Both the position numbers and the translations under genes were made by a program. DNA of 64,000 nucleotides from Bacillota bacterium (GTDB lineage Bacteria; Bacillota; Clostridia; Oscillospirales; Acutalibacteraceae), in assembly GCA_023391275.1 (NCBI GenBank), contig JAEWBE010000058.1, positions 1,411 through 65,410 on the forward strand, in the 5' to 3' direction. Below, in pieces: positions 47,285 through 55,551 of the stretch. Under the pieces are notes generated by a model that did no database searches, was not told the DNA's origin, and was given only the letters and a program-made list of their open reading frames with translations. How positions within the stretch are numbered: position 1 is the stretch's first letter; each line of letters begins with the position of its first letter.

Positions 47285-47444
47285 GTTGCACCACCTTTTT
47301 TAGTAATCGGTCAAGCCCTTTTTGCGCCCCAGCAAGATTACCGGACAGGGCCTGTCCTCGTAAAGTTTTCAGCTGCTGTTTTGACAGCATGCTCTGATAT
47401 TTCCGTAAGGATTTTATAAAACCATTGATTTCAATATAGTTCAT
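47256..47444 (-). CDS. Small phage hypothetical protein
   Basis: LSKQQLKTLRGQALSGNLAGAQKGL; overlaps the methyltransferase start. Confidence 0.7.
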   Translation of the reverse strand: MNYIEINGFIKSLRKYQSMLSKQQLKTLRGQALSGNLAGAQKGLDRLLKKVVQHGYTKNINR

Positions 47445-47542
47445 TAGGAACGGTCATCGGTGACCTTCGCCACCCCAATATCATAGGAAAGTCTGACCAC
47501 TCCGGTCACCACATGGGTAGAAACTTTATTATTGTTATTCAT
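47444..47542 (-). pseudogene. N-terminal fragment of a DUF2815 (phage ssDNA-binding-like) gene
   Basis: RBS AAGGAG, MNNNNKVSTHVVTGVVRLSY, then unrelated sequence and a stop after 32 codons. Confidence 0.65.
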
Positions 47543-48670
47543 TTAAATTTTCTCCTTAAAATCATCATTTACATTAGAAACAGTAATTGCCGGGCGCTTG
47601 TCCGAAGTTGAAACAAGTGTCAGTTTTCCGGGCGGCTTTTGAATGAGGCCGTTCAAAACCTCAGAAAATTTTTCTTTGCCCATCAACCGCTCCATTTCGG
47701 TCAGCGGAATCAGGCTTTTTTTATAAATATCGCAATAGCCTGCGCCTTTTGCGGCTTCGGCAACAGTGGCTTCATCAACGTATTTGCGGTTGGAACGTCC
47801 CTCGACAATTTTGAAGCCACGCCACTGCTTGCCATAATTGATGGCGGCATTGGCAGCGTATATCATAACGTCATTTGCCCATTTGGTCAGGTCATCAAGC
47901 AAAGAAAGTATCTCTTCAATTTCTTCATCCGTGAGAACCGGAGGCAGCGCAAACTCCTTATTTGCCAGTTTCAGCTTTGCTTCCGCTCTGGCACGGCACT
48001 TCACATTTGCCTTGCAGAAGGTACACCATTCACCGGGGCAGAACTCACCTTCGCCGTTGTAAGCAAGCAAGGCGGTAGGCTTGAGAACATTTTCCGTCCA
48101 GTCTCTGAGCGTATCCACCGAAATTGTCCATGTACTGACATTCTCACGACGAGGCTGGAAAATCGTCATGGAAATATCGGTAATATCATACAAGCTATCG
48201 AACAATTCCAAAGCACCCAGCGCATACAGCTTCATTTGCGGATTATCTTCAGCGTCCACCAAAATTCCCTGACCATATTTGAAGTCGATGATATGTAATG
48301 TGCCGTCACCGACAATAATGGCATCTCCCGTACCGAACCCTTGCGGCACATAACAGGAAAAGTCCAGATGCTGTTCGATGAGGATGATTGGGTCTTTGCA
48401 TTGAATTTTCGCCTGAGCCAATGTCTCGCTGACAAAAGCTACATAGTCATCGGTGTAGGTATCCATCTCATCACAGTCATATTGGGAGATGGGTTTTTTT
48501 GAGCGCATTTTCAGCAGTTTCCGCAGTTTGTGTTCGCAGAGTGCATGTGCTGCAGTGCCTTCCGCTGCAGCTTCGGATTCGTGATCAGCATAAGATTGTT
48601 CCAATCTGGCAGACGGCGTACAGTTGAGCCATCTATGTGATCCGGATGCTGAAAGAACAGCGTGTCCCAT
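47543..48670 (-). CDS. DUF2800 phage protein (Cas4/PD-(D/E)XK-like nuclease)
   Basis: HAVLSASGSHRWLNC, GFGTGD, IIDFKYG, NPQMKLYALG, WCTFC. Confidence 0.88.
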   Translation of the reverse strand: MGHAVLSASGSHRWLNCTPSARLEQSYADHESEAAAEGTAAHALCEHKLRKLLKMRSKKPISQYDCDEMDTYTDDYVAFVSETLAQAKIQCKDPIILIEQHLDFSCYVPQGFGTGDAIIVGDGTLHIIDFKYGQGILVDAEDNPQMKLYALGALELFDSLYDITDISMTIFQPRRENVSTWTISVDTLRDWTENVLKPTALLAYNGEGEFCPGEWCTFCKANVKCRARAEAKLKLANKEFALPPVLTDEEIEEILSLLDDLTKWANDVMIYAANAAINYGKQWRGFKIVEGRSNRKYVDEATVAEAAKGAGYCDIYKKSLIPLTEMERLMGKEKFSEVLNGLIQKPPGKLTLVSTSDKRPAITVSNVNDDFKEKI

Positions 48671-48973
48671 TTATAACGCCTCCGCAGCTTTCAGAAGTTC
48701 CGAATACTTGTCCGGTTCGATCTCACTGAGTTTTGCCGCTCCAAACTTTTGAAGCAAAGCACGAACCTCGGCGGTTTTGCCGGACTGACTTTTTTCTGCG
48801 AGTACAGCACGGATTTTCTCAATACTGATTTTTGTTTGTTTGTCTCCTTTTGGGATGGAAGCTTCAACCGCCTGCGGCTCGCTTTGCTCCGAAGAATTGA
48901 CAACGGCCTGAATACTGTCTGCCAGATGCCGTAAGTCAGACACCACATTCAGCAGCAACTTGGTTTTGTTCAT
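48671..48973 (-). CDS. Phage hypothetical protein of the DUF2800 replication module
   Basis: IRAVLAEKSQSGKTAEVRALLQKFGAAKLSEI; abuts the DUF2800 gene. Confidence 0.7.
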   Translation of the reverse strand: MNKTKLLLNVVSDLRHLADSIQAVVNSSEQSEPQAVEASIPKGDKQTKISIEKIRAVLAEKSQSGKTAEVRALLQKFGAAKLSEIEPDKYSELLKAAEAL

Positions 48974-49160
48974 ATTGCACTTCCTCAATTTCATTAATTG
49001 ACAGCGAATCAACACTGTCGCCGGGAATCAAAATCATCAGTTTCTGTTTCTCTCCGAGCAGCAAACGCAATATACGTTCCCGCAGCGTAATGTTTTTACA
49101 GCGGACGATACCGCCGGACTGTGGGCGCTTGGAAACACTGATTTTCAAATTGTGTCTCAT
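48936..49160 (-). CDS. Phage hypothetical protein
   Basis: LRERILRLLLG...LIPGDSV; AGAGGTG RBS. Confidence 0.7.
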   Translation of the reverse strand: MRHNLKISVSKRPQSGGIVRCKNITLRERILRLLLGEKQKLMILIPGDSVDSLSINEIEEVQYEQNQVAAECGV

Positions 49161-49237
49161 TGTTTTCACCTCTTTCCGAAGGGTGATTTTTGTCCCTTCA
49201 CCTGTAGGCCACGAAAAAAGGTAAATATGAGGATTTT

Positions 49238-49627
49238 TTATAAAAACTTTTTTATTTTTTTATAAATCGTTTGTAAACGGTGAGAAATGGCAGACTGGTC
49301 AACACCTTCACCGGTGGCATAATCATTGACCGCTATTCTATCAAAGTAGATGGCTCTGACAAGTTCCTGCTGCTTGGGACTCAATTGTGAAATGGCACTG
49401 TGCAGTTTTTCTTCATCAACTTCTTCCGTAAAAAGTGCGTCAATTTCTGCATTCTCCACGGCAAGCCACTCACCATCTTCGTTTTCGTTATCAAGTGTGG
49501 TGTGACGGCGGGTTTCCTTGTGATTCACGTTGTATTCCTGACGATCAAGGTCGATAAGGATGTTGCCCCAATCCTCTGATACCTCAATTTCCACATCTTC
49601 GTTTGCAAACTTATAACTGATTTTCAA
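49238..49627 (-). CDS. Sigma-70 region-4-like DNA-binding protein
   Basis: AISQLSPKQQELV...GVDQSAISHRL; TTG start at 49627 with AAAGGAG RBS. Confidence 0.8.
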   Translation of the reverse strand: MKISYKFANEDVEIEVSEDWGNILIDLDRQEYNVNHKETRRHTTLDNENEDGEWLAVENAEIDALFTEEVDEEKLHSAISQLSPKQQELVRAIYFDRIAVNDYATGEGVDQSAISHRLQTIYKKIKKFL

Positions 49628-49633
49628 TTTTTT

Positions 49634-49727
49634 GGCTCCTTTCAGTTTGAAAAGGAGCCGTTCAAGCAGCCAACAAAGCAAAAAAGGAGCCTGACATATA
49701 GCTTTAAAAGCTACTTGTCAGGCTCCT
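49634..49727 (-). promoter_or_regulatory. Terminator hairpin plus RBS-sequestering hairpin
   Basis: Minus strand AGGAGCCTGACA...TGTCAGGCTCCT then T-run; then GGCTCCTTTTCAAACTGAAAGGAGCC containing the Shine-Dalgarno of the sigma-like gene. Confidence 0.7.
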
Positions 49728-49762
49728 CATTCCGTATGTCGATGGGTGCTCTGTACGAAGTA

Positions 49763-49939
49763 CTATATTTTTTTATTGATTACTTTAATTCCTACTTTTG
49801 AGCTGCATTTCCAGCATTTAAGATAAAGATCTGGCTGCCAGTCAAGATCGGGTGTTAAAATCTTTGCTTCCATCTCAGTGGTTACATGCGTATCCACAAG
49901 CCTCCTTCCGCAGCGCGGACATGTGATATGTTTTTCCAT
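49763..49939 (-). CDS. Small zinc-ribbon protein (not in ORF track)
   Basis: Manual translation MEKHITCPRCGRRLVD...LYLKCWKCSSKVGIKVINKKI (58 aa); GGAG RBS. Confidence 0.75.
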   Translation of the reverse strand: MEKHITCPRCGRRLVDTHVTTEMEAKILTPDLDWQPDLYLKCWKCSSKVGIKVINKKI

Positions 49940-49960
49940 TCTCCATCCTCCAATATTTTA

Positions 49961-49980
49961 TGTAAGCTAATCTGCTTACA
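49961..49980. promoter_or_regulatory. Palindromic operator, probably for the XRE repressor
   Basis: TGTAAGC-N6-GCTTACA; related GTTAGC-N6-GCTTAC at 51219-51236 upstream of the XRE gene. Confidence 0.6.
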
Positions 49981-50021
49981 ATGTTTACCAAAAAAATCAG
50001 CGTAATGGTAACGCCGATTTT

Positions 50022-50786
50022 TTAATCTTTTACAATATCAAGACAGACCTGCATTGTTCTGTTAGAACGTTCTCTCTGAACAATTCCAAGTTCCAGTAAA
50101 CGGTATTTCGCTGCCTCGCTGGAAACATTAAATGTCTTTGAAACCTTTATTGCATAAGTTGCGTCCCGAAATAATTTATCCTGCGGTGGTAAACTTTCAA
50201 CAAGTTTAAGCACCATGCTTTTGGGCATAAGCAAAGCAGAAGACAGCCGATTAGCCTGCCATTCCATTCGATCTTTATCTGTCCATTGCTCCACCGGTTT
50301 TCGGTTTTCTCTCTGAATATCGGTTCGACATTGAATCATTGGTGTTTCGCCTCGGTCAAAAAAAGAGAACTGATTAGGGTCGTATCCAAAATATCTTGAA
50401 TGGAAAATATCATGTCCACCCTCGTGGCCCATGGTAAAACGGTATCGATGTTCCTGTCCTTCTTCCAACAGCAACGAATCAATGATTACCGTCCTGGCCT
50501 TAGCACTTGCATACTCGGCACAATGTTTGCTTGGATTATATACCGGTATCTTATTGGTATCATTAAATACCGTCATTCCAAGATAGACGCCACAATGAGA
50601 CAGGTACTGGAAATCCTGAGTCATGCCAAGATAACGCTCTACAAAACCATCAATGTCAATTTCCATCGGTACTTCCATTGCTTTGGGGCAAAAGTCACGA
50701 ATCAGTTCTTCTCCAATTACATCTATCTCTTGCTTATTTAAAATGGGGACTCCGTTACGTTTGACACGAAATCTGGGATTATACAT
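50022..50786 (-). CDS. ImmA/IrrE-family metallopeptidase
   Basis: RYRFTMGHEGGH (HExxH), EWQANRLSSALLMP, FNVSSEAAKYRL. Confidence 0.92.
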   Translation of the reverse strand: MYNPRFRVKRNGVPILNKQEIDVIGEELIRDFCPKAMEVPMEIDIDGFVERYLGMTQDFQYLSHCGVYLGMTVFNDTNKIPVYNPSKHCAEYASAKARTVIIDSLLLEEGQEHRYRFTMGHEGGHDIFHSRYFGYDPNQFSFFDRGETPMIQCRTDIQRENRKPVEQWTDKDRMEWQANRLSSALLMPKSMVLKLVESLPPQDKLFRDATYAIKVSKTFNVSSEAAKYRLLELGIVQRERSNRTMQVCLDIVKD

Positions 50787-50793
50787 AGGCCAG

Positions 50794-51174
50794 TTACCTC
50801 TTCTTCTTTTTCAAATCCGCTATAAATTTCTGCCATTCATCTTCACCGGCATCTAGATCACGCGCGGTACGAAGCGCTGCGCTAACATAGTCGCGCTCCA
50901 TGATGTATTCCGGCAGATCAGGAGCAACGGAGTTTCTCTTTTTCCCGGCTAGATCAAGCATGATAGCTTTTTCTTCTTCACTTAGGATTAAGATGTTTGC
51001 CACTAAATCCAGCTTATCCATATCAAACGGATTTCGCCGGTCTTTTTCAACATCACTTAAATACGGTGCTGAAATATCTAGCAGTTCAGCCATTTTCCTT
51101 AAAGTAATCTCTTTTTCTTCCCGCTTTTGTGCAATGAACTCGCCGAAGTTAGAATACTCTTTTTTCATTTTCAC
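50794..51174 (-). CDS. XRE-family HTH repressor
   Basis: TLRKMAELLDISAPYLSDVEKDRR. Confidence 0.92.
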   Translation of the reverse strand: MKMKKEYSNFGEFIAQKREEKEITLRKMAELLDISAPYLSDVEKDRRNPFDMDKLDLVANILILSEEEKAIMLDLAGKKRNSVAPDLPEYIMERDYVSAALRTARDLDAGEDEWQKFIADLKKKKR

Positions 51175-51739
51175 ACACCTTTTCTTTAACCTTACCTGCA
51201 GATGGTTATGCTTTACACGTTAGCAAAACAGCTTACTATGTAATTATAATAAACTCGTCAAAATATTCAACGCACAATGTTTGGTTATGAAATTGGATGG
51301 GCTTGGTATCGTTCAAAGCAATATTACTTTTCCTCCTATTTTACTATCAATGTCTCGGCCTCTCTTCGGTTGATTCCAGGAAAGTTGTGCTTATGTTTTT
51401 TATTCACGTTTATATTTTTCAGTTGGATTTGAATGGTATACATTGGAAAAATCCGAATTCTGAAAGATTCACAATCTATGGTAAAGAATACGTGACCACC
51501 GAAGGAATGGAGCATTGACGAGGGGGCAAATGACTATGGAGACGACATTGCAAATCACTTTACAAAATAGCTAGACATAATGCGGATATTCCATCAGTTC
51601 TTGTTGTAATTGGTCGGGTGTGGGAATATAATTAGACTAAAAAGAATTACTTGGAGTTATCACATGTCCGCTTGAGCGAGATATTATGCTGAGGTTCTTT
51701 GAACAGATCTGTAACCTTAAGAATTGGAGATATTATATT

Positions 51740-53842
51740 ATGGCTGACAATAAAGTAATTGACGCAATGTGGGATGATTCCCCAATCGATGTATCGACTG
51801 AGGTAAACTTTATCTGGTCTATAGCAAACAAGCTGCGCGGTCCGTACCAGAGCGATAAATATAAGGATGTCATCATTCCGATGACTATCATCCGTCGTTT
51901 TGAATGCGCTCTTGCGTCCACCAAAAAGGCGGTTGTTGACCAATTCAATGCAAACCCAAGCTACCCGGCAAAGGCGATGTATCGCATCTCCGGCTTTCAG
52001 TTTTACAATACCAGCGGTTATGACCTTGCGGAGCTGGTGAACGATGCCGACCACATTGCCACCAATTTCAAAAGCTATATTCAGAACTTTTCACCCAATG
52101 TGCAGGAAATTCTTCTGTCTGCGGAAAAAGGTCTGGATTTCTATAAGCAAATCGACAAGATGGATAAAAACAACCGTCTGCTCAGTGTCGTCAAGGCATT
52201 TTCGGAGCTTGACCTCGATCCGCGCACCATTGACAATGTGAAGATGGGATATATTTTCGAAGAGCTTATCCGTAAGTTCTCTGAAAATGCCGAGGCTGGC
52301 GACCACTACACCGGAAGGGATATTATCAAGACGATGGTCAACATTCTGTTAGCGGAAGGCTGCGACGATATCTTTGACGACGGCAAGGTTATCACCATAT
52401 TGGATCAAGCCTGTGGCACGGGTGGTATGCTTTCCACGGGCTATAACTTTATCAAGCGCTATAACCCTTCTGCCGATGTCCGGCTCTTTGGGCAGGAAAT
52501 CAACCCGGAGTCCTATGCGATGTGCCTTTCCGAAATGCTCATCAAAGGTCAGAACTCCGAGAACATTTGTTATCAGGACACAATGAAAGCCGACTGCTTC
52601 AAAGAGACAGCAATGCGATTTGTTCTTGAAAATCCACCGTTTGGTACAGCTTGGGGTGGTAAGGATGCAGCCGAGGGTGTCGAAACGGCGGTAAACGACG
52701 AATTCAAGAAAGGCTATAACGGACGCTGGGGCGCGGGGCTTCCCGGTTCTGGCGATATGCAGATGCTGTTCTTGCAGTCGGCAATCGACAAAATGGACAA
52801 GCATAACGGACGTGCCGCCATCATTCAAAACGGTAGTCCGCTATTTTCCGGCGGCACAGCCTCAGGTGAGAGCCAGATTCGCCGCTGGATGCTGCAAAGC
52901 GACTTGATCGAAGCGATTATTGCGCTGCCGACCGACCTTTTCTATAACACCGGCATCGCTACATATATTTGGGTGTTATCAAAAAATAAAAGTGCCGAGC
53001 GTAAGGGTAAAATCCAGTTGATTGACGCTTCCGGTATTTATCATAAACTCCGCAAAGCTCTGGGCAACAAGAAAAATGAGATTGCCCCGGAAGACCGCTC
53101 TGCCATCACACGGCTGTATGCGGACTTCAAAGAAAACGAACTGTGCAAAATCTATGATAATGAAGAGTTCATATACCGTGAATATACGGTGATGCAGCCG
53201 CTTCAGCGCAGCTATGCCATCACCGATGAGCGCATCCAGCAGATGCTCTCAAAAGGAGCTTTAAACTCTCTTTATGATGAAATTAGTTTCAATGATTTGG
53301 AACTTCTTACCGAACGTACTGGTAATGAAGAAAAACAATTCAATAAATTTTTTATTGGAAAACCTATTTATGATGCAGTTCTCACAGACCTGAATGGTGC
53401 CGTTTCAGATGATGTCTATCCATCCCAGCAGGCATTTCTGCCTGTGCTGACAAAGGTGCTCGCTTGTGCAACCACAGACAAAAAGCTGATTGAGAAAATC
53501 GCCGACGGATTGTCCATCATGGATAAAAATGCGGAAATACAGCGTGACAAGAATGGAAATATACTCTACGACAAGGAAACCAGAGATACTGAAATCGTGA
53601 AATATGAGGAGGACATCGACACCTATATGGCGCGAGAAGTCCTGCCACATATCCCCGATGCGAAAGCATTCTTTGAGGAAGATTTAAGCAAAAAAAAGCC
53701 GGTCATCAAGACCGGCGCGGAGATTCCGTTCACCCGCTATTTCTATAAATATCAGCAGCCTACTCCCAGTGAAGAGCTGGAGGAACGCTTTACTACGCTT
53801 GAACAATCGGTCAATGAGCGCGTAGCAAAGCTGTTCGATTAA
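51740..53842 (+). CDS. hsdM: Type I restriction-modification methyltransferase
   Basis: IWSIANKLRG, DQACGTGGM, NPPFG, FYNTGIATY. Confidence 0.95.
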   Translation: MADNKVIDAMWDDSPIDVSTEVNFIWSIANKLRGPYQSDKYKDVIIPMTIIRRFECALASTKKAVVDQFNANPSYPAKAMYRISGFQFYNTSGYDLAELVNDADHIATNFKSYIQNFSPNVQEILLSAEKGLDFYKQIDKMDKNNRLLSVVKAFSELDLDPRTIDNVKMGYIFEELIRKFSENAEAGDHYTGRDIIKTMVNILLAEGCDDIFDDGKVITILDQACGTGGMLSTGYNFIKRYNPSADVRLFGQEINPESYAMCLSEMLIKGQNSENICYQDTMKADCFKETAMRFVLENPPFGTAWGGKDAAEGVETAVNDEFKKGYNGRWGAGLPGSGDMQMLFLQSAIDKMDKHNGRAAIIQNGSPLFSGGTASGESQIRRWMLQSDLIEAIIALPTDLFYNTGIATYIWVLSKNKSAERKGKIQLIDASGIYHKLRKALGNKKNEIAPEDRSAITRLYADFKENELCKIYDNEEFIYREYTVMQPLQRSYAITDERIQQMLSKGALNSLYDEISFNDLELLTERTGNEEKQFNKFFIGKPIYDAVLTDLNGAVSDDVYPSQQAFLPVLTKVLACATTDKKLIEKIADGLSIMDKNAEIQRDKNGNILYDKETRDTEIVKYEEDIDTYMAREVLPHIPDAKAFFEEDLSKKKPVIKTGAEIPFTRYFYKYQQPTPSEELEERFTTLEQSVNERVAKLFD

Positions 53843-53854
53843 GGCGGTGATAAT

Positions 53855-55162
53855 ATGAGAGAGATGAAAGATAGTGGGATTGAATGGATTGGGAAAATTC
53901 CAGAAAATTGGACAATTAAAAGATTGTGCTATCTTATCGACCAATATAAAGCCGGTCCCTTTGGAAGCGCATTAATCATGGACAAACTAATGGATGAAGG
54001 ACAAATCCTTGTTTATACACCTGAAGTTATTGCTGAGAATAACACCGATTTGCCAAATAATAAGTATTTACAGGAAGAACGAAAAAAAGAAATGCAACAG
54101 TTTTTCGTTCAACCGGGCGATATTATTTTCCCTATCGTTGGTTCGTTGGGAAGAGCTATGCTTATTAAGGGTGAACACCCGGTAGGCATCATTAATCAGC
54201 GATTGGCAAAGTTTCGCATTTCTTCAGTAGATTTGACCTATCATTACTTTCTCTGGTTGTTTGCCAGAAGCAGTTTTTACTCGACATATATCGAGCTAAC
54301 TTGCAGAGGCTCGATAATTGTTAATCTGACAAAAGCAATACTGCATGATATGCCAGTTTTAATTCCGCCTGCACCAGAGCAAGAAATTATTGCCACCTTC
54401 CTCGATGCCAAATGCGCCGAAATCGACAGTCTTACCGCCGATATCCAATCACAGATTGACACTTTAGAGGAATACAAGCGATCGGTCATCACCGAAACAG
54501 TCACAAAAGGTTTGAACCCGGATGCTGAGATGAAGAACAGTGGAATCCCGTGGTGCCCGTCTATTCCTTTCCATTGGGCTGTGACTAATCCAAAAGCTCT
54601 GTTTTACCTGAGAAATCAACGTGCAATGGATGGAGATCGCCAGCTAACAGCGAGTCAGAAACTCGGAATTGTTTTTCAAGATGAGTTTATGGAGATGGAA
54701 AATCAAAAGGTTGTGACTGTGGAAAAAGACTTCAGTATATTGAAACACGTTGAACCAAATGATTTTGTCATCAGTATGAGAAGTTTTCAGGGCGGTCTTG
54801 AGTATAGTGAACAGCGCGGCTGTATCAGTTCGGCTTATGTTATGTTGATACCCAACAAGGACAAGGTTTATCCACCATTCTTCCGTTGGTTTTTCAAGTC
54901 AAGCAAATATATAAACGCCCTCCAAAGCACAACAAATCTTGTGCGCGACGGACAAGCGTTGAGGTATGCTAATTTTGTAAAGGTTCCATTATTTATAATT
55001 CCCACAGATGAGCAAAAACAAATTGCTGAATATCTGAATGAAAAGTGCAATCAGATTGATGCTGTGCTTGAAGCAAAGCGCGAACAGCTCACAACCCTTG
55101 AGGAGTACAAGAAGTCTCTTATCTATGAATATGTCACAGGCAAAAAGGAGGTCGTAGTCTGA
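53855..55162 (+). CDS. hsdS: Type I restriction-modification specificity subunit
   Basis: MKDSGIEWIGKIP and MKNSG repeats, PPxxEQxxI conserved regions, two TRDs. Confidence 0.95.
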   Translation: MREMKDSGIEWIGKIPENWTIKRLCYLIDQYKAGPFGSALIMDKLMDEGQILVYTPEVIAENNTDLPNNKYLQEERKKEMQQFFVQPGDIIFPIVGSLGRAMLIKGEHPVGIINQRLAKFRISSVDLTYHYFLWLFARSSFYSTYIELTCRGSIIVNLTKAILHDMPVLIPPAPEQEIIATFLDAKCAEIDSLTADIQSQIDTLEEYKRSVITETVTKGLNPDAEMKNSGIPWCPSIPFHWAVTNPKALFYLRNQRAMDGDRQLTASQKLGIVFQDEFMEMENQKVVTVEKDFSILKHVEPNDFVISMRSFQGGLEYSEQRGCISSAYVMLIPNKDKVYPPFFRWFFKSSKYINALQSTTNLVRDGQALRYANFVKVPLFIIPTDEQKQIAEYLNEKCNQIDAVLEAKREQLTTLEEYKKSLIYEYVTGKKEVVV

Positions 55163-55551
55163 TGAAAATAGAATATGCACACTCCGCAATAGGCTTGGAA
55201 CCGGATATGATAATCTCCTCTTCCGACTTCTTGAAGGTGTTTGATGACGAAACAGAATACAATTTTCTCCGCTTTTCTGTGGATGCATTCACTGCTGGGC
55301 ATGGGTTTGAAAACCAGTTCGCTATGCAACATTATCGCGCAGCAAAAGGCTGGCTTAAGAAAAGCAGTAGCGTTCTGTTTGTTGTCAAAGAAAGAGATAT
55401 CAGCCCAATCAGATACATCAGGTGGTGCGAAATTTATGTTATAACCGATGGAAAAATGATGAATGTCATCACAAGCGAAGACGGTGCTCATCTTGATGTG
55501 AATATAAAAAGAGATAATGCTACTTCCAATGAGAGGGGGGTCGTTTCATAA
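55162..55551 (+). CDS. Hypothetical protein inserted between hsdS and hsdR
   Basis: 129-aa ORF overlapping both neighbours; no recognised motif. Confidence 0.65.
   Translation: MKIEYAHSAIGLEPDMIISSSDFLKVFDDETEYNFLRFSVDAFTAGHGFENQFAMQHYRAAKGWLKKSSSVLFVVKERDISPIRYIRWCEIYVITDGKMMNVITSEDGAHLDVNIKRDNATSNERGVVS

Larger units (their letters stand above)
32181..51174 (-). mobile_element. Defective (headless) siphophage-like prophage with tandem serine recombinases
   Basis: Co-oriented regulation, partial replication, tail, lysis and recombinase modules; no terminase, portal or capsid gene seen. Confidence 0.85.

Noticed and set aside
51297..51518. 73-aa ORF between XRE and hsdM
   Set aside because: No convincing RBS or motif; more likely intergenic regulatory DNA
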